A DNA stretch of 64,000 bases, from the NCBI GenBank assembly GCA_965226495.1, contig OZ245365.1, positions 640,001 to 704,000 of the forward strand, in the 5' to 3' direction. This document shows, in pieces, positions 1-9,500 of the stretch. Positions within the stretch are counted from its first letter, which is position 1. Each line of letters starts with the position of its first letter. The DNA comes from Candidatus Marinacidobacterales bacterium (GTDB lineage: Bacteria; Acidobacteriota; Vicinamibacteria; Marinacidobacterales; DATDRI01). The position numbers and the translations under genes are program-made. The notes under the pieces were generated by a model. That model was not told the origin of the DNA. It searched no databases and saw nothing but the letters and a program-made list of their open reading frames with translations.

Positions 1-2
1 TG

Positions 3-3000
3 GCAGGTGTTGCGGCTACGAGTGCCACGCATACGTCGGATTGCCCCTTCAGCTTCTCGAGGCCGATTACCATCGACTACACCAAGGTCGGCGTGGACAA
101 CACCGGCTCGATACCCAATTTCCCCTTCCTGGTCAGTCTCACGCGGGACTACCTCAAGAGCTCCGGCAACGGAGGGGACGTCCAAGATATCAACGGCTAC
201 GACATAACTTTTCGGGCCGCGGACATGATGACGCAGCTCGACCACGAGGTGGAGACCTACAATCCGGTAACGGGTGAGCTAGTGGCTTGGGTGAGGATCC
301 CGATTCTCTCGAAGTCCGCCGACACCGTCATTCACATGTTCTATGGCAGCGCCTGCGTGAGCTCATCCCAGGAGAATCCCGCCGGTCTGTGGGACGCATG
401 CTACAAGGGTGTCTGGCATCTCCCCGAGGAGCAGGCAGGGATCGGCAACCTCGATCTTTATGTCGACTCGACTTCCCCTTCTTACGACGGTGACGACTAT
501 GTCGTGGCAACCGGGCAAAACGGGCAAGTAAACGGTGGGCAAGAGTTCGATGGCGTGGGTGACTATATCGACACCGGTGCCGATGATCCACTGGATATCA
601 CAGGGCCGCTGACGATGTCTGCGTGGGTGTATCGTCGAAGCACTGTCAACACTCACCATATCGGATCAAAAAACACTGGGCCCCTTACCCCTTGGCAGTT
701 CGCCATGGTGTCGTCGACTAATGTCCTGAGACATTTTGTTGCGTCAGGCCCCGGTGGCCAAGGCGTTGGTTGGGAATCCCTCGATTCGAACGATCCGGTG
801 GCCCTTGATGAATGGCACCACGTGGCGGTCGTGAGAACTCTGACCGACGTCACGTTCTATATCGATGGTGTCCAAGATTCGGGCGGGTGGCAGGCAATGA
901 CAATCTTTCCGACCGCCAATGCTACTACTGCGAAGCTGGGCGCTCATGCGGATGTCACCGTGAGTTTCTTCGATGGGTTCATGGATGAGATCCGGATTTC
1001 CTGTGAGGCGCGCTCCGCGGACTGGCTCCGGACGTCTTACAACAACCAGAGCGGCCCCAATGGCTCCTTTTCAGTGGGCGAGTGTCCCGACTTGTCGGTC
1101 GCCGATGCCGGGAACACCATCACCGTCACCGCTCCCAACAGCTTCGAGATGACCTTCGACACCTCCGCGGGAGGTGCCATCAAGACTTTCTATGACCTGG
1201 CAGAGGGACCCTCAGGAGTGAACGATCTGGCAGGTGACTTGAATACCGTCCAGGGGCTCCACAACTCCGGGGTGAGATTTTCCAGCACCAATTACAACAC
1301 TTCGAAGAACAGTACTGCGAAACTGGACCTGCTCGAGGCTACTGCGACGCGAGTAAAGGTTCGCCAGGAAGCGTTTTACGAGTCCAACGCCGGCGTCATA
1401 CTCGCTGGCATCAAAGGCCGTGGTGACTACAGTATTTACCCGTCCGGAAGGCTTGCGCTTCGTTGGAACCGACGGACCACAACCGCGTGGACATACGACA
1501 CCGAATACCATGAGCTAGTCGCCCACTACATGACCACTCCGCCACTCGACTCTTGGGCTTCTTCCAGCGATACGGACGATACGCCAGATAACGCGGGAAC
1601 GGATACTTTTCTGCTGCATCAGAATGAGGTGGTCGGAGCGAGGACTGACTTTCTCGACATCATTTATCAGGACTGGATCTTGGGCAACGGCTACCTCGGT
1701 GACGCCGACATAGCCGGCTGGGGTACGAACGGCCCCAATGAACGTCTGAACGCCTATTGGGATGATTTGACAAGCACCCCGCTGCCTGCCAACCGAAGTG
1801 ATCTCTGGAACTTCCTGACTTACTTCAAGCCGGTGAATTTGGGTAGAACGCCAAACCCGTGGGAAGACACCGAAGTCAAGGGTCGTCGAGATGACTATCG
1901 GGTCACCGGCGCCTGTCCGACTTGTGGGCCCGACAACCTGGCGAGTCCCGCCGTTCCCATCGCGGGCGGCGGCTGGTTTCATCCAAGCGAGAATACTACC
2001 GGGCCGTCCGATTTCTTCAATGAGTCGGAAGCCGTTTACACGTTGGAATTCGACATGTCCGCGGGCCTTGAATTCGACATCGACGGTGGCACGGGAACAC
2101 CTCCTACACGGTACTCGCCGGTGCTGAAGATCCGCCACTGGCGTTCGTTCCAGGATCCGGAAACGGTGACGCTCGAGGGCACAACGTTAACCAACGACGT
2201 CGACTTCAAGGCGGATGTCAAGCCGATTGCCCGCGCACACTTTGCGGACGAACTCACCTGGTACTCGACGCTCCAGAGCGCGGCGGTCACTTCGACTCCC
2301 ACGGTGGGCACGACGACGGCTGTCTCTGGCGGGATCAGTTTCGTGGGTGCCAAGTACGGCAGCGGCGCGTCGATCGACGCAAACGGCGACACCATCACGT
2401 TCCCGGCGGCTCAGAACTTCAATGCGAGCGAGGGCACGGTGGAGTTCTGGTACCGGCCGAGCTACGAGTGCCAGCCGGCCCCGGGGACCTGCGACGGCGC
2501 GAGCCACGTATTCTGGCATATGCAGCAAGTCCCGACGGACTACTTCGCCTTCCGCAAGTCGGCCAGCAACGCGCTCGATTTCGAGACGCGCAACAATTCG
2601 AGCGGTCTCACCACGACCAAGACGGTTGCGCTGGCAGACTTCGGGTGGAGGGCCGAGGACTGGGTGCACCTGCGCGTGACCTGGGACAGCTCGGCCCCGG
2701 TGGCGAGCGACCGTCTCATGATCTACGTGAACGGCATGGCGCCCACGCAGTCGATCGCCGGCGGACCTTTCAACGGGGCTGGCCTAACAGTCGGCCCGAA
2801 CTACATCGGCACGACCTCGTCCGGGGGCAATCATGCTTCCGGCATCCTCGACGAGTTCCGCGTCTACAGCACGGCGAATGCGCCGACGCCACTCGCTCAC
2901 GGGGGGCTGACGTCGAGCGCAAACGAGTACTTGGCGAGCACAAGCCAGAACTTCCAGCTCGCGTTCGATGGGGTGGACGTGGACCGGCGAGGCGAGTACG

Positions 3001-6000
3001 CGTACTTTGGCGCGGACTCGCAGTTCCGTGGTCTGAACATAGGTCTGAGTGTAGTGGGAACGGGTGTGGGTGCCGGCGATTTGGTGTGGGAGTACTGGAA
3101 CGGAACGACGGGTGCCTGGGATGATCTGGAAGCGGTGTTGAACTTCACCGACGAGACGGACTCGCTGACGAAGTCGAACGGCACGGTGTACTGGGAAGAG
3201 GACCCTCCGAACTGGGCGGAGTACTCTGTTAACGGAAGCCCCGATCTCTACTACATACGGGCGCATCTCGTGAACGGGGCGAGCTACGGTACGCCGCCGA
3301 CTGAAGCTTTGATAAAAACCGACATTCTGTTGTTCCAGTACTGCAGCGATATTACCCAGGCCGCGCAGACTTTTAACTTCGCGGTACCGCTCGCGACAGC
3401 GGTGGAGCTGGTGTCGTTCGACGCTCCCCAAGACGCTCAGCCTCTCGATGGGGCCGTGGCTTTGGAGTGGACGACCGGCTCGGAGCTTGACAACCTCGGG
3501 TTCCATCTCTACCGAGCGGAATCGGAGGAAGGCCCGTTCACGCGGATCACCGCGAGCGTGATACCCGGACTCGGTTCTTCCCCGCAAGGAGCCACGTATA
3601 GCTATAGGGATTCCGGGCTCACCAACGGCGTGACCTACTACTACCAGCTGGAGGACATCGAGACCACAGGGAAGAAAGAGTTTAATGGCCCGGTATCGGC
3701 GACGCCCACAACAGAAGTTGTAGTGGAAGGGGACCCTGACGGCGAGGAGGGTTCGTCTGGAGCCGAGCTCGGCGAGCTGTCGTCTCGCATCACTTTTGGA
3801 GATCCATCTGCGAACGAGCTGAAGGTACGCCGCCGCGGTAAGAAGTGGATGGAGCTAACGCTCATCACCGAAGGCTTCTACGCGATCCCTCAAGAAGATG
3901 GCTCGGTACTGCTCGAGGTCCCGGGGTTCGAAGACTTCGGTGGTCCAGACTTGCCCGATGTCCCTGCCTACCGCACCTGGCAAGACGTCCTGGCGGGCCG
4001 GAATGTAACTCTAGTTTCGGTGAAGACTTTCGACGTCACCGAGTTTGCGAGCCTGCGCCCGAGCTCGTCCGAGCTGATTGTGGTGGCCAGCGGAGATGGA
4101 ACGGTCCAGACCAGACGTCGCCGCAAGAAACGCCGCAAGCCCCCGCACGTGTACTACCCAGAGAAGTGGGCCCAGTTGATGAGTGTGGGTTTCCAGGGAG
4201 CGGCGAAGAAGGCGCTGGTCGAGATGGCCCCGCTGCGTTGGGATGCGACGGCGGAGCGTCTGGTACTAGCTCGACGTGTAGTAGTTCGGATCTCGTTCAA
4301 GGGCAAGGACAAGGCAGAGCTGAAGCTAGGTAAGAGCCACCGAGAAGTAGGAAGCCACGCCAACCGGAGCGTCTACGCCCGGATAGCGGTGACGGGGCCT
4401 GGCCTCTATGGGGTGAGCTACGAGTCGGTATTCGGCCAAATAGGTAAGACGAGAAAGGCCATCAAGACCAGCTCTTTGAGGCTGAGCCGTCAGGGCGAGC
4501 CGGTGGCGTTTTTCGTGAGCCCGAACTCGAAGAAGTTCAAGAAGAAGTCGGTGCTGTACTTCCTGAGCGATGGTGCGGACTTGAACCCCTATGGCCATGA
4601 AGCGGTCTACGAGCTCGAAGCCAGCCAACAAGGACTCCACATGGAATCCCTGAACGGAGCTCCGGTGGGAGCCCCGACCACCTTCTACTGGAAGACGGTG
4701 GAGCGGGAAGAGAATCTGCTCTACCAGGCTGCCTTTGAGGGCGAAGAAGACATCTGGCAGTGGGATTGGCTGTTCGGCCCGATGACGAACGGCTACCCCT
4801 TCGAAGTCACGAACCTGTCGCCGGTGGCCGAAAACTCGAAACTGAGAGTGTGGCTCCACGGAGCGAGCGATTTCCCCGAAGATCCGGACCACCACGTCAG
4901 ACTCTACATAAACGGGATTCTCGTTAATGACACGTGGTGGGACGGCGAGACGCCTCACTTCGTCGAAGCGGAGCTGGGTCCTGGATTGCTCCTAGAGGGT
5001 GAGAACACTCTAGAAATAGAAGAAGTGGGGGACACGGAAGCTCAGTACTCGATGGTGATGCTGGACCGTTTCGAGGTGAGCTACCCATCGCAACTAATCG
5101 ACGAACTGGACGGAAGCTTCACCCAATCAGGGTTAGCCATCATCTCCGGCGGAGCAGGACACCTTTTCGACGTGACGGAGGCCCAACCGAAACGCTTGAG
5201 CGGAGTGCAAGCAACTCAAGACGGATTGAGCTTCGGTGCGGCGTCGGCCCATCGCTACCTATTGGCGAGTTCGGTGCTGACTCCAGAGGTAAGACCGGCG
5301 CAGTCGACGGGTCTGAAGAAGGCGTGGAGTCGAGCGGAGTACCTGGTCATCGGTCCAAGGGAGTTCCTTGATGCTGCGGAGCCTCTGCTGGCCCACCGGA
5401 GAAACGAGGGCTTGATCGCAGGAGCGATTGCGACGGAAGACATCTTCGATGAGTTTGGATATGGAGAGTCGACCCCGGAATCGATCAAGGACTTCCTGAG
5501 CTATGTGTACCACCACTGGAGTGAGCCGACCCTGCGGTACGTCGTCTTACTAGGAGATGGTACCTACGATTTCAAAGATTACCTAGCGACGGGCGTTGCG
5601 AGCTATGTCCCAGTGAAGATCGTGGAGACTCGCTACATGTGGACGGCGTCGGATCCCTGGTATGGCGCGATCAATGGAGATGACATCCTACCGGACGTCG
5701 CCATAGGGCGACTTCCAGCTGCATCGGTCGGCGAAGTGCAAGCGTTGGTGCAGAAGATCCTCGACTATGAGTCTGGAGAAGGGGACCCGGGGGCTCCGAT
5801 CGTTCTTATAACGGATAACCCGGACGTTGCAGGGAACTTCGACGCGGATGCTGAGGAGATAGCATCAACGTTGCTGACCGAACAAGGCGTCGAGAAGGTC
5901 TACCTGAGTCAGCTTGGACCCGCTGTCGCGCGCGGAGCCATCCTCAATGCTTTCGACGACGGTGCCTCGATCGTGAGTTACTTGGGTCATGGCGCAATCC

Positions 6001-6377
6001 ATTTGTGGGCTCAGGAAAACTTGCTCGACATCTGGCAAGTGGGTTCCCTGGCACCACAGTCGCAGCAACCGCTCTTATTCACGATGAACTGCCTGAATGG
6101 GTACTTCCACTTCCCGTATCACAACTCGCTTTCGGAAGAGCTCTTGAAGGCAGAAGGGAAAGGCGTTATCGCTGCCTTTTCGCCGACCGGGTTGAGTTTG
6201 AACAGTCCGGCACATCGTTTCCACAAGGCGCTTCTCCAACAAGTCGTGCACAGCGACCATGAGCGATTGGGAGACGCGATACTTGCCGGTCAAGGAGTTT
6301 ACGCGCACACTGGAGCCTTCCCCGAGCTTCTGAGCATCTATCATCTATTAGGTGATCCTGCCCTCAGGCTTCGCTAA
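3..6377 (+). CDS. Giant modular secreted protein 1 (5'-truncated by window): DUF2341 + LamG + unnamed domain X + LamG + domain Y + Ig/FN3-like + C25 propeptide + C25 cysteine peptidase
   Basis: Frame is open from position 3 (…SFSRPITIDYTKVG…NFPFLVSL, DUF2341-like start). LamG motifs WHHVAVV…FYIDG…GFMDEIRIS. C25 motifs EYLVIGP…EDIFDEFGYG, YVVLLGD, DVAIGRLP, SYLGHG (His 5988-5990), MNCLNG (Cys 6090-6092), LLGDPAL. Confidence 0.85.
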   Translation, partial: AGVAATSATHTSDCPFSFSRPITIDYTKVGVDNTGSIPNFPFLVSLTRDYLKSSGNGGDVQDINGYDITFRAADMMTQLDHEVETYNPVTGELVAWVRIPILSKSADTVIHMFYGSACVSSSQENPAGLWDACYKGVWHLPEEQAGIGNLDLYVDSTSPSYDGDDYVVATGQNGQVNGGQEFDGVGDYIDTGADDPLDITGPLTMSAWVYRRSTVNTHHIGSKNTGPLTPWQFAMVSSTNVLRHFVASGPGGQGVGWESLDSNDPVALDEWHHVAVVRTLTDVTFYIDGVQDSGGWQAMTIFPTANATTAKLGAHADVTVSFFDGFMDEIRISCEARSADWLRTSYNNQSGPNGSFSVGECPDLSVADAGNTITVTAPNSFEMTFDTSAGGAIKTFYDLAEGPSGVNDLAGDLNTVQGLHNSGVRFSSTNYNTSKNSTAKLDLLEATATRVKVRQEAFYESNAGVILAGIKGRGDYSIYPSGRLALRWNRRTTTAWTYDTEYHELVAHYMTTPPLDSWASSSDTDDTPDNAGTDTFLLHQNEVVGARTDFLDIIYQDWILGNGYLGDADIAGWGTNGPNERLNAYWDDLTSTPLPANRSDLWNFLTYFKPVNLGRTPNPWEDTEVKGRRDDYRVTGACPTCGPDNLASPAVPIAGGGWFHPSENTTGPSDFFNESEAVYTLEFDMSAGLEFDIDGGTGTPPTRYSPVLKIRHWRSFQDPETVTLEGTTLTNDVDFKADVKPIARAHFADELTWYSTLQSAAVTSTPTVGTTTAVSGGISFVGAKYGSGASIDANGDTITFPAAQNFNASEGTVEFWYRPSYECQPAPGTCDGASHVFWHMQQVPTDYFAFRKSASNALDFETRNNSSGLTTTKTVALADFGWRAEDWVHLRVTWDSSAPVASDRLMIYVNGMAPTQSIAGGPFNGAGLTVGPNYIGTTSSGGNHASGILDEFRVYSTANAPTPLAHGGLTSSANEYLASTSQNFQLAFDGVDVDRRGEYAYFGADSQFRGLNIGLSVVGTGVGAGDLVWEYWNGTTGAWDDLEAVLNFTDETDSLTKSNGTVYWEEDPPNWAEYSVNGSPDLYYIRAHLVNGASYGTPPTEALIKTDILLFQYCSDITQAAQTFNFAVPLATAVELVSFDAPQDAQPLDGAVALEWTTGSELDNLGFHLYRAESEEGPFTRITASVIPGLGSSPQGATYSYRDSGLTNGVTYYYQLEDIETTGKKEFNGPVSATPTTEVVVEGDPDGEEGSSGAELGELSSRITFGDPSANELKVRRRGKKWMELTLITEGFYAIPQEDGSVLLEVPGFEDFGGPDLPDVPAYRTWQDVLAGRNVTLVSVKTFDVTEFASLRPSSSELIVVASGDGTVQTRRRRKKRRKPPHVYYPEKWAQLMSVGFQGAAKKALVEMAPLRWDATAERLVLARRVVVRISFKGKDKAELKLGKSHREVGSHANRSVYARIAVTGPGLYGVSYESVFGQIGKTRKAIKTSSLRLSRQGEPVAFFVSPNSKKFKKKSVLYFLSDGADLNPYGHEAVYELEASQQGLHMESLNGAPVGAPTTFYWKTVEREENLLYQAAFEGEEDIWQWDWLFGPMTNGYPFEVTNLSPVAENSKLRVWLHGASDFPEDPDHHVRLYINGILVNDTWWDGETPHFVEAELGPGLLLEGENTLEIEEVGDTEAQYSMVMLDRFEVSYPSQLIDELDGSFTQSGLAIISGGAGHLFDVTEAQPKRLSGVQATQDGLSFGAASAHRYLLASSVLTPEVRPAQSTGLKKAWSRAEYLVIGPREFLDAAEPLLAHRRNEGLIAGAIATEDIFDEFGYGESTPESIKDFLSYVYHHWSEPTLRYVVLLGDGTYDFKDYLATGVASYVPVKIVETRYMWTASDPWYGAINGDDILPDVAIGRLPAASVGEVQALVQKILDYESGEGDPGAPIVLITDNPDVAGNFDADAEEIASTLLTEQGVEKVYLSQLGPAVARGAILNAFDDGASIVSYLGHGAIHLWAQENLLDIWQVGSLAPQSQQPLLFTMNCLNGYFHFPYHNSLSEELLKAEGKGVIAAFSPTGLSLNSPAHRFHKALLQQVVHSDHERLGDAILAGQGVYAHTGAFPELLSIYHLLGDPALRLR
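2255..3195 (+). repeat. Intragenic repeat (LamG/domain Y block) shared with gene 2 at ~13358-14295
   Basis: Direct comparison at offset ~11100; 2874-3195 is nearly identical to 13974-14295. Confidence 0.85.
4362..5770 (+). repeat. ~1.4-kb near-identical block shared with gene 2 (15472-16880)
   Basis: Offset 11110; few differences, clustered around 5448-5475. Confidence 0.9.
5477..6097 (+). repeat. ~620-bp near-identical block shared with gene 3b (26881-27501)
   Basis: Offset 21404; includes the GEGDPGAP…QGVEKVYLSQ segment, where gene 2 differs. Confidence 0.9.
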
Positions 6378-6386
6378 CCTTCCCGT

Positions 6387-6404
6387 TGTAGTCGAAACCC
6401 CTCA
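6387..6404. promoter_or_regulatory. Putative enhancer palindrome TGTAGTCGAAACCCCTCA
   Basis: Resembles the YGWRGGG-N4-CCCYWCR motif at four other promoters; 97 bp upstream of the sigma54 box. Confidence 0.45.
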
Positions 6405-6483
6405 CTATCCAATACGCCCCTTCAGCTAACGCTGTAAGTGGTTGACGATTAAACGATTGCAAAGAGGCCCAACTGCGAGGGTT

Positions 6484-6499
6484 CGGCACGACCATTGCA
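6484..6499 (+). promoter_or_regulatory. sigma54 promoter CGGCACGACCATTGCA for giant gene 2
   Basis: GG(6485)…GC(6497) at exact -24/-12 spacing; IHF-like TAAGTGGTTGA at 6435-6445. Confidence 0.7.
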
Positions 6500-6543
6500 T
6501 TACTCCAACCGACCAGAGGGAGAAGTCCGCCCTTGTAGGGTCA

Positions 6544-9500
6544 ATGCCGCGAATCAATATGAAAACGACCGCTCGGATGCCAGGGATGCCACGCCTCGTG
6601 ATGATCTCCGTTCTCGCCGTCGTTTTCGCCACTGTGACGACCGAGGCAGAGTCCCCACACGCCGGTGACCTGGTCAGCTCGTCAGGGGAGCGGGACCTTA
6701 CCCGCGGTGTACTCGCCTTCAATGCGAACAAATCGGTCTACTTGCCGACCGAGACCGCGTACCTTCAAATGGGTGTCGTTGATGAAGACGGGCGTACGAT
6801 TTGCGACGCCGAGCTCGACCTCACAGTTACGACACCCACTGGCGAGGTTGATACCCTCTCCACCGAGAACGGTCGGATTCGGAGAAATCCGGAATGCGGT
6901 CCCGACAACGTGATCGAAGCTCCGGACTACTTTGCCTACTACGCGACGCGGACTACCGGTACGTATGACGTTGCCCTAACGAGCCGCACTTTGGATGGCG
7001 TCAAGGAAACTCGAAATAGTTTCGAAGTTCGGGAAGACAGGCCCTTTGACATCGAGCGCATAGGCCCATCCCGAGTCTATCCTGTGGCCGACTACAGGAT
7101 GCAACTTCGAGTCAAGGCCAACCAGGGGTACCAGGGCACACTCCGTGAGTACGTTCCAAGCGGTTTCGTCATTCGGGACCATCGTCTCAGGGTCAAGAGT
7201 CACGGAAGGGCGCAATTCGCACCGATCGATCGACCCTTGTCGAACCACGAAACCAGCGATGGCCGGATGGCTCTAACGTGGAAGGACATCGCCCTAACCC
7301 CTGGTGACGAACTGGAGGTCACGTACACGTTCAATACACCCAACACGTCTCCAGAATTCTACCTCTTGGGTGGAGTCGAGTTGGCCGATTTCGTCGAGGC
7401 GCGGTCGTGGCAGATTGCGGTGGATTCCACCGCGGTTTTCGATACATTCACCGAGACAGTCGATACGCCCATCACCGCTCACACACCCGATACGGGTTCC
7501 GGGTGGACGACAGTGTTCGACGATACGGGGGGTACTGAAGCCGAGATATCTGAAACGACGGATATCTTTCAAGCAAGTCAGATTCAGAACAATGTGGGGC
7601 AAGCTTACACCGCGCAGCCCACACCCACCACTGTCAACCAAAACGTCAGCATAACGCTAAAAGTCTTGGACACCACGTCGTCGGACAGGTCGGTGGGAAT
7701 ATTCGCCCGGAGAGCGGACAATAGCAACTTCTATCACGTACAGATCTTACCGAACGCTCACACTAACCCGAGCATTACCCTCTACAAGTTCGAGGGCGGC
7801 GTTCCTACGATTCTAGGAACCTTCGATGCGATCCTCGCGGTGGGGACGGTTATCAAGCTGGAAGTAAGAGACGTAACCAAGAAAGTCTTCGTGGACGGTG
7901 TGGAACGGATCAGTTCCTCAGACAACTCTCTGACTGCGGCCGGCACTTGGGGAGTCTATTTCGGAAATTTTAATGGCGCGGGAATTGGAGGCGATATACG
8001 GGGGACCTGGGACCTTGACGATTTTCTCGCCGAGGACGGCAATTTCCCTGACCCGCAGTCCTGCGCCCGCATAACGACAATTGGTGCGGGCGACGAACAG
8101 GCCTTCGACATGATCGTCCAGCCCGACGGCAGGTTCATTTTGGTGGGTTACAGCAACAACGGCAGCGACGAGGATATCGCCCTAGCCCGTTACCACCCGG
8201 ACGGGCGACTAGACCTCAGCTTCGACGGCGATGGCATCCGGACCGACGACATTGGAACGAGTAACGAGCGGGCTCGCGCGGTGGCTCTCCAGTCGGATGG
8301 GAAGATTGTGGTCGCCGGTTACACGGACGACCCCGGTAACGAGGATTGGTTCGTGGCGCGGTACGATACCGACGGAAGTCTTGACCCGAGCTTCGGCGGC
8401 GGGATCGTAACCACTGCTATTAGCGGCCTCCAGGACCGACCCGCAGCCTTGGCTATCCAGCCGGATGGAAAAATTGTCGTCTCCGGCTATGGTGTTGCTG
8501 GAGGCGACGACGTGGCAGTGGTTCGCTATAACACCGACGGGAGCGTCGATCCGACCTTTAGCGGTGGAATCGTGACCACTGACGTCGCGGTCACAGACCG
8601 GGCCAATGATGTCAAGATTCAATCCGACGGAAAGATCGTCGTGGGCGGAACTACCACGATTGCTGGTGACCGGGCCTTCCTAGTCATCCGCTACAACAGC
8701 GACGGCAGCCCGGATAATTCTTTCGGCGCGAGCGGAGTCGTAACCACCCAGGTCCCGCTTAGCGACGAATTCGGCGAGGGGCTCGATATCCAGCCTGACG
8801 GAAAGATTGTGCTTGGCGGCTTCACCGACAACTTGACGGGCGACTTCATGGTCGCGCGTTATGACAGCAATGGCACATTGGACTCGACGTTCGGCACCGG
8901 TGGCATCGTGACGACCGACATCCTCGGTGGAGACGACGACGCGGACGATCTCCTGCTGCAACCCGACGGCAAGATCTTGGTGGCGGGGTACGCTCACAAC
9001 GGACTGAATCAAGACTACGGAATCGTCCGGTACAACTCCGATGGCAGTTTGGATACTTCGTTCGGCACCGGCGGCAAAGTCACGACACCGATTGGCAGTC
9101 TCGACGACAACTCCGAAGCGTCGGCCCTCCTGCCGGACGGCAGCTTCATCGTGGCGGGTTTCAGCGCTAACGGCAGCGATTCCGATTTCTCCTGGGCCCG
9201 GCACAATCCGGATGGGAGTCTCGCCACCGGGTGTGGTGTGGTCAACTACCGCTCGATCGGAACCGCAGGAAACTATACTGACGGCACCGGCGTCGCCGCG
9301 ACGAGCGGTTCGACTGTCGTTACGGGTATTGCCGCCGCAACTTGGAAGACCTCAAATCGCGGTCGTGGCGATCTGATCACGATCGACGGTGTGCCTTACA
9401 CGGTCCTCTCGGTCGATTCCGAGACCCAGCTCACCCTGACCTCGCCCTACACCGAAGTGACTGGTTCGGGCAAGGCTTATACCATCGCCCGCAAGTTCAC

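Noticed and set aside
6340-6377. T9SS CTD, PEP-CTERM or LPXTG anchor on the giant proteins
   Set aside because: All three end immediately after the C25 LLGDP motif.
8050-9230. Periodic DNA resembling a CRISPR or tandem array (also ~17760-18920)
   Set aside because: These are degenerate in-frame delta-60 protein repeats; no identical repeats with unique spacers and no cas genes.
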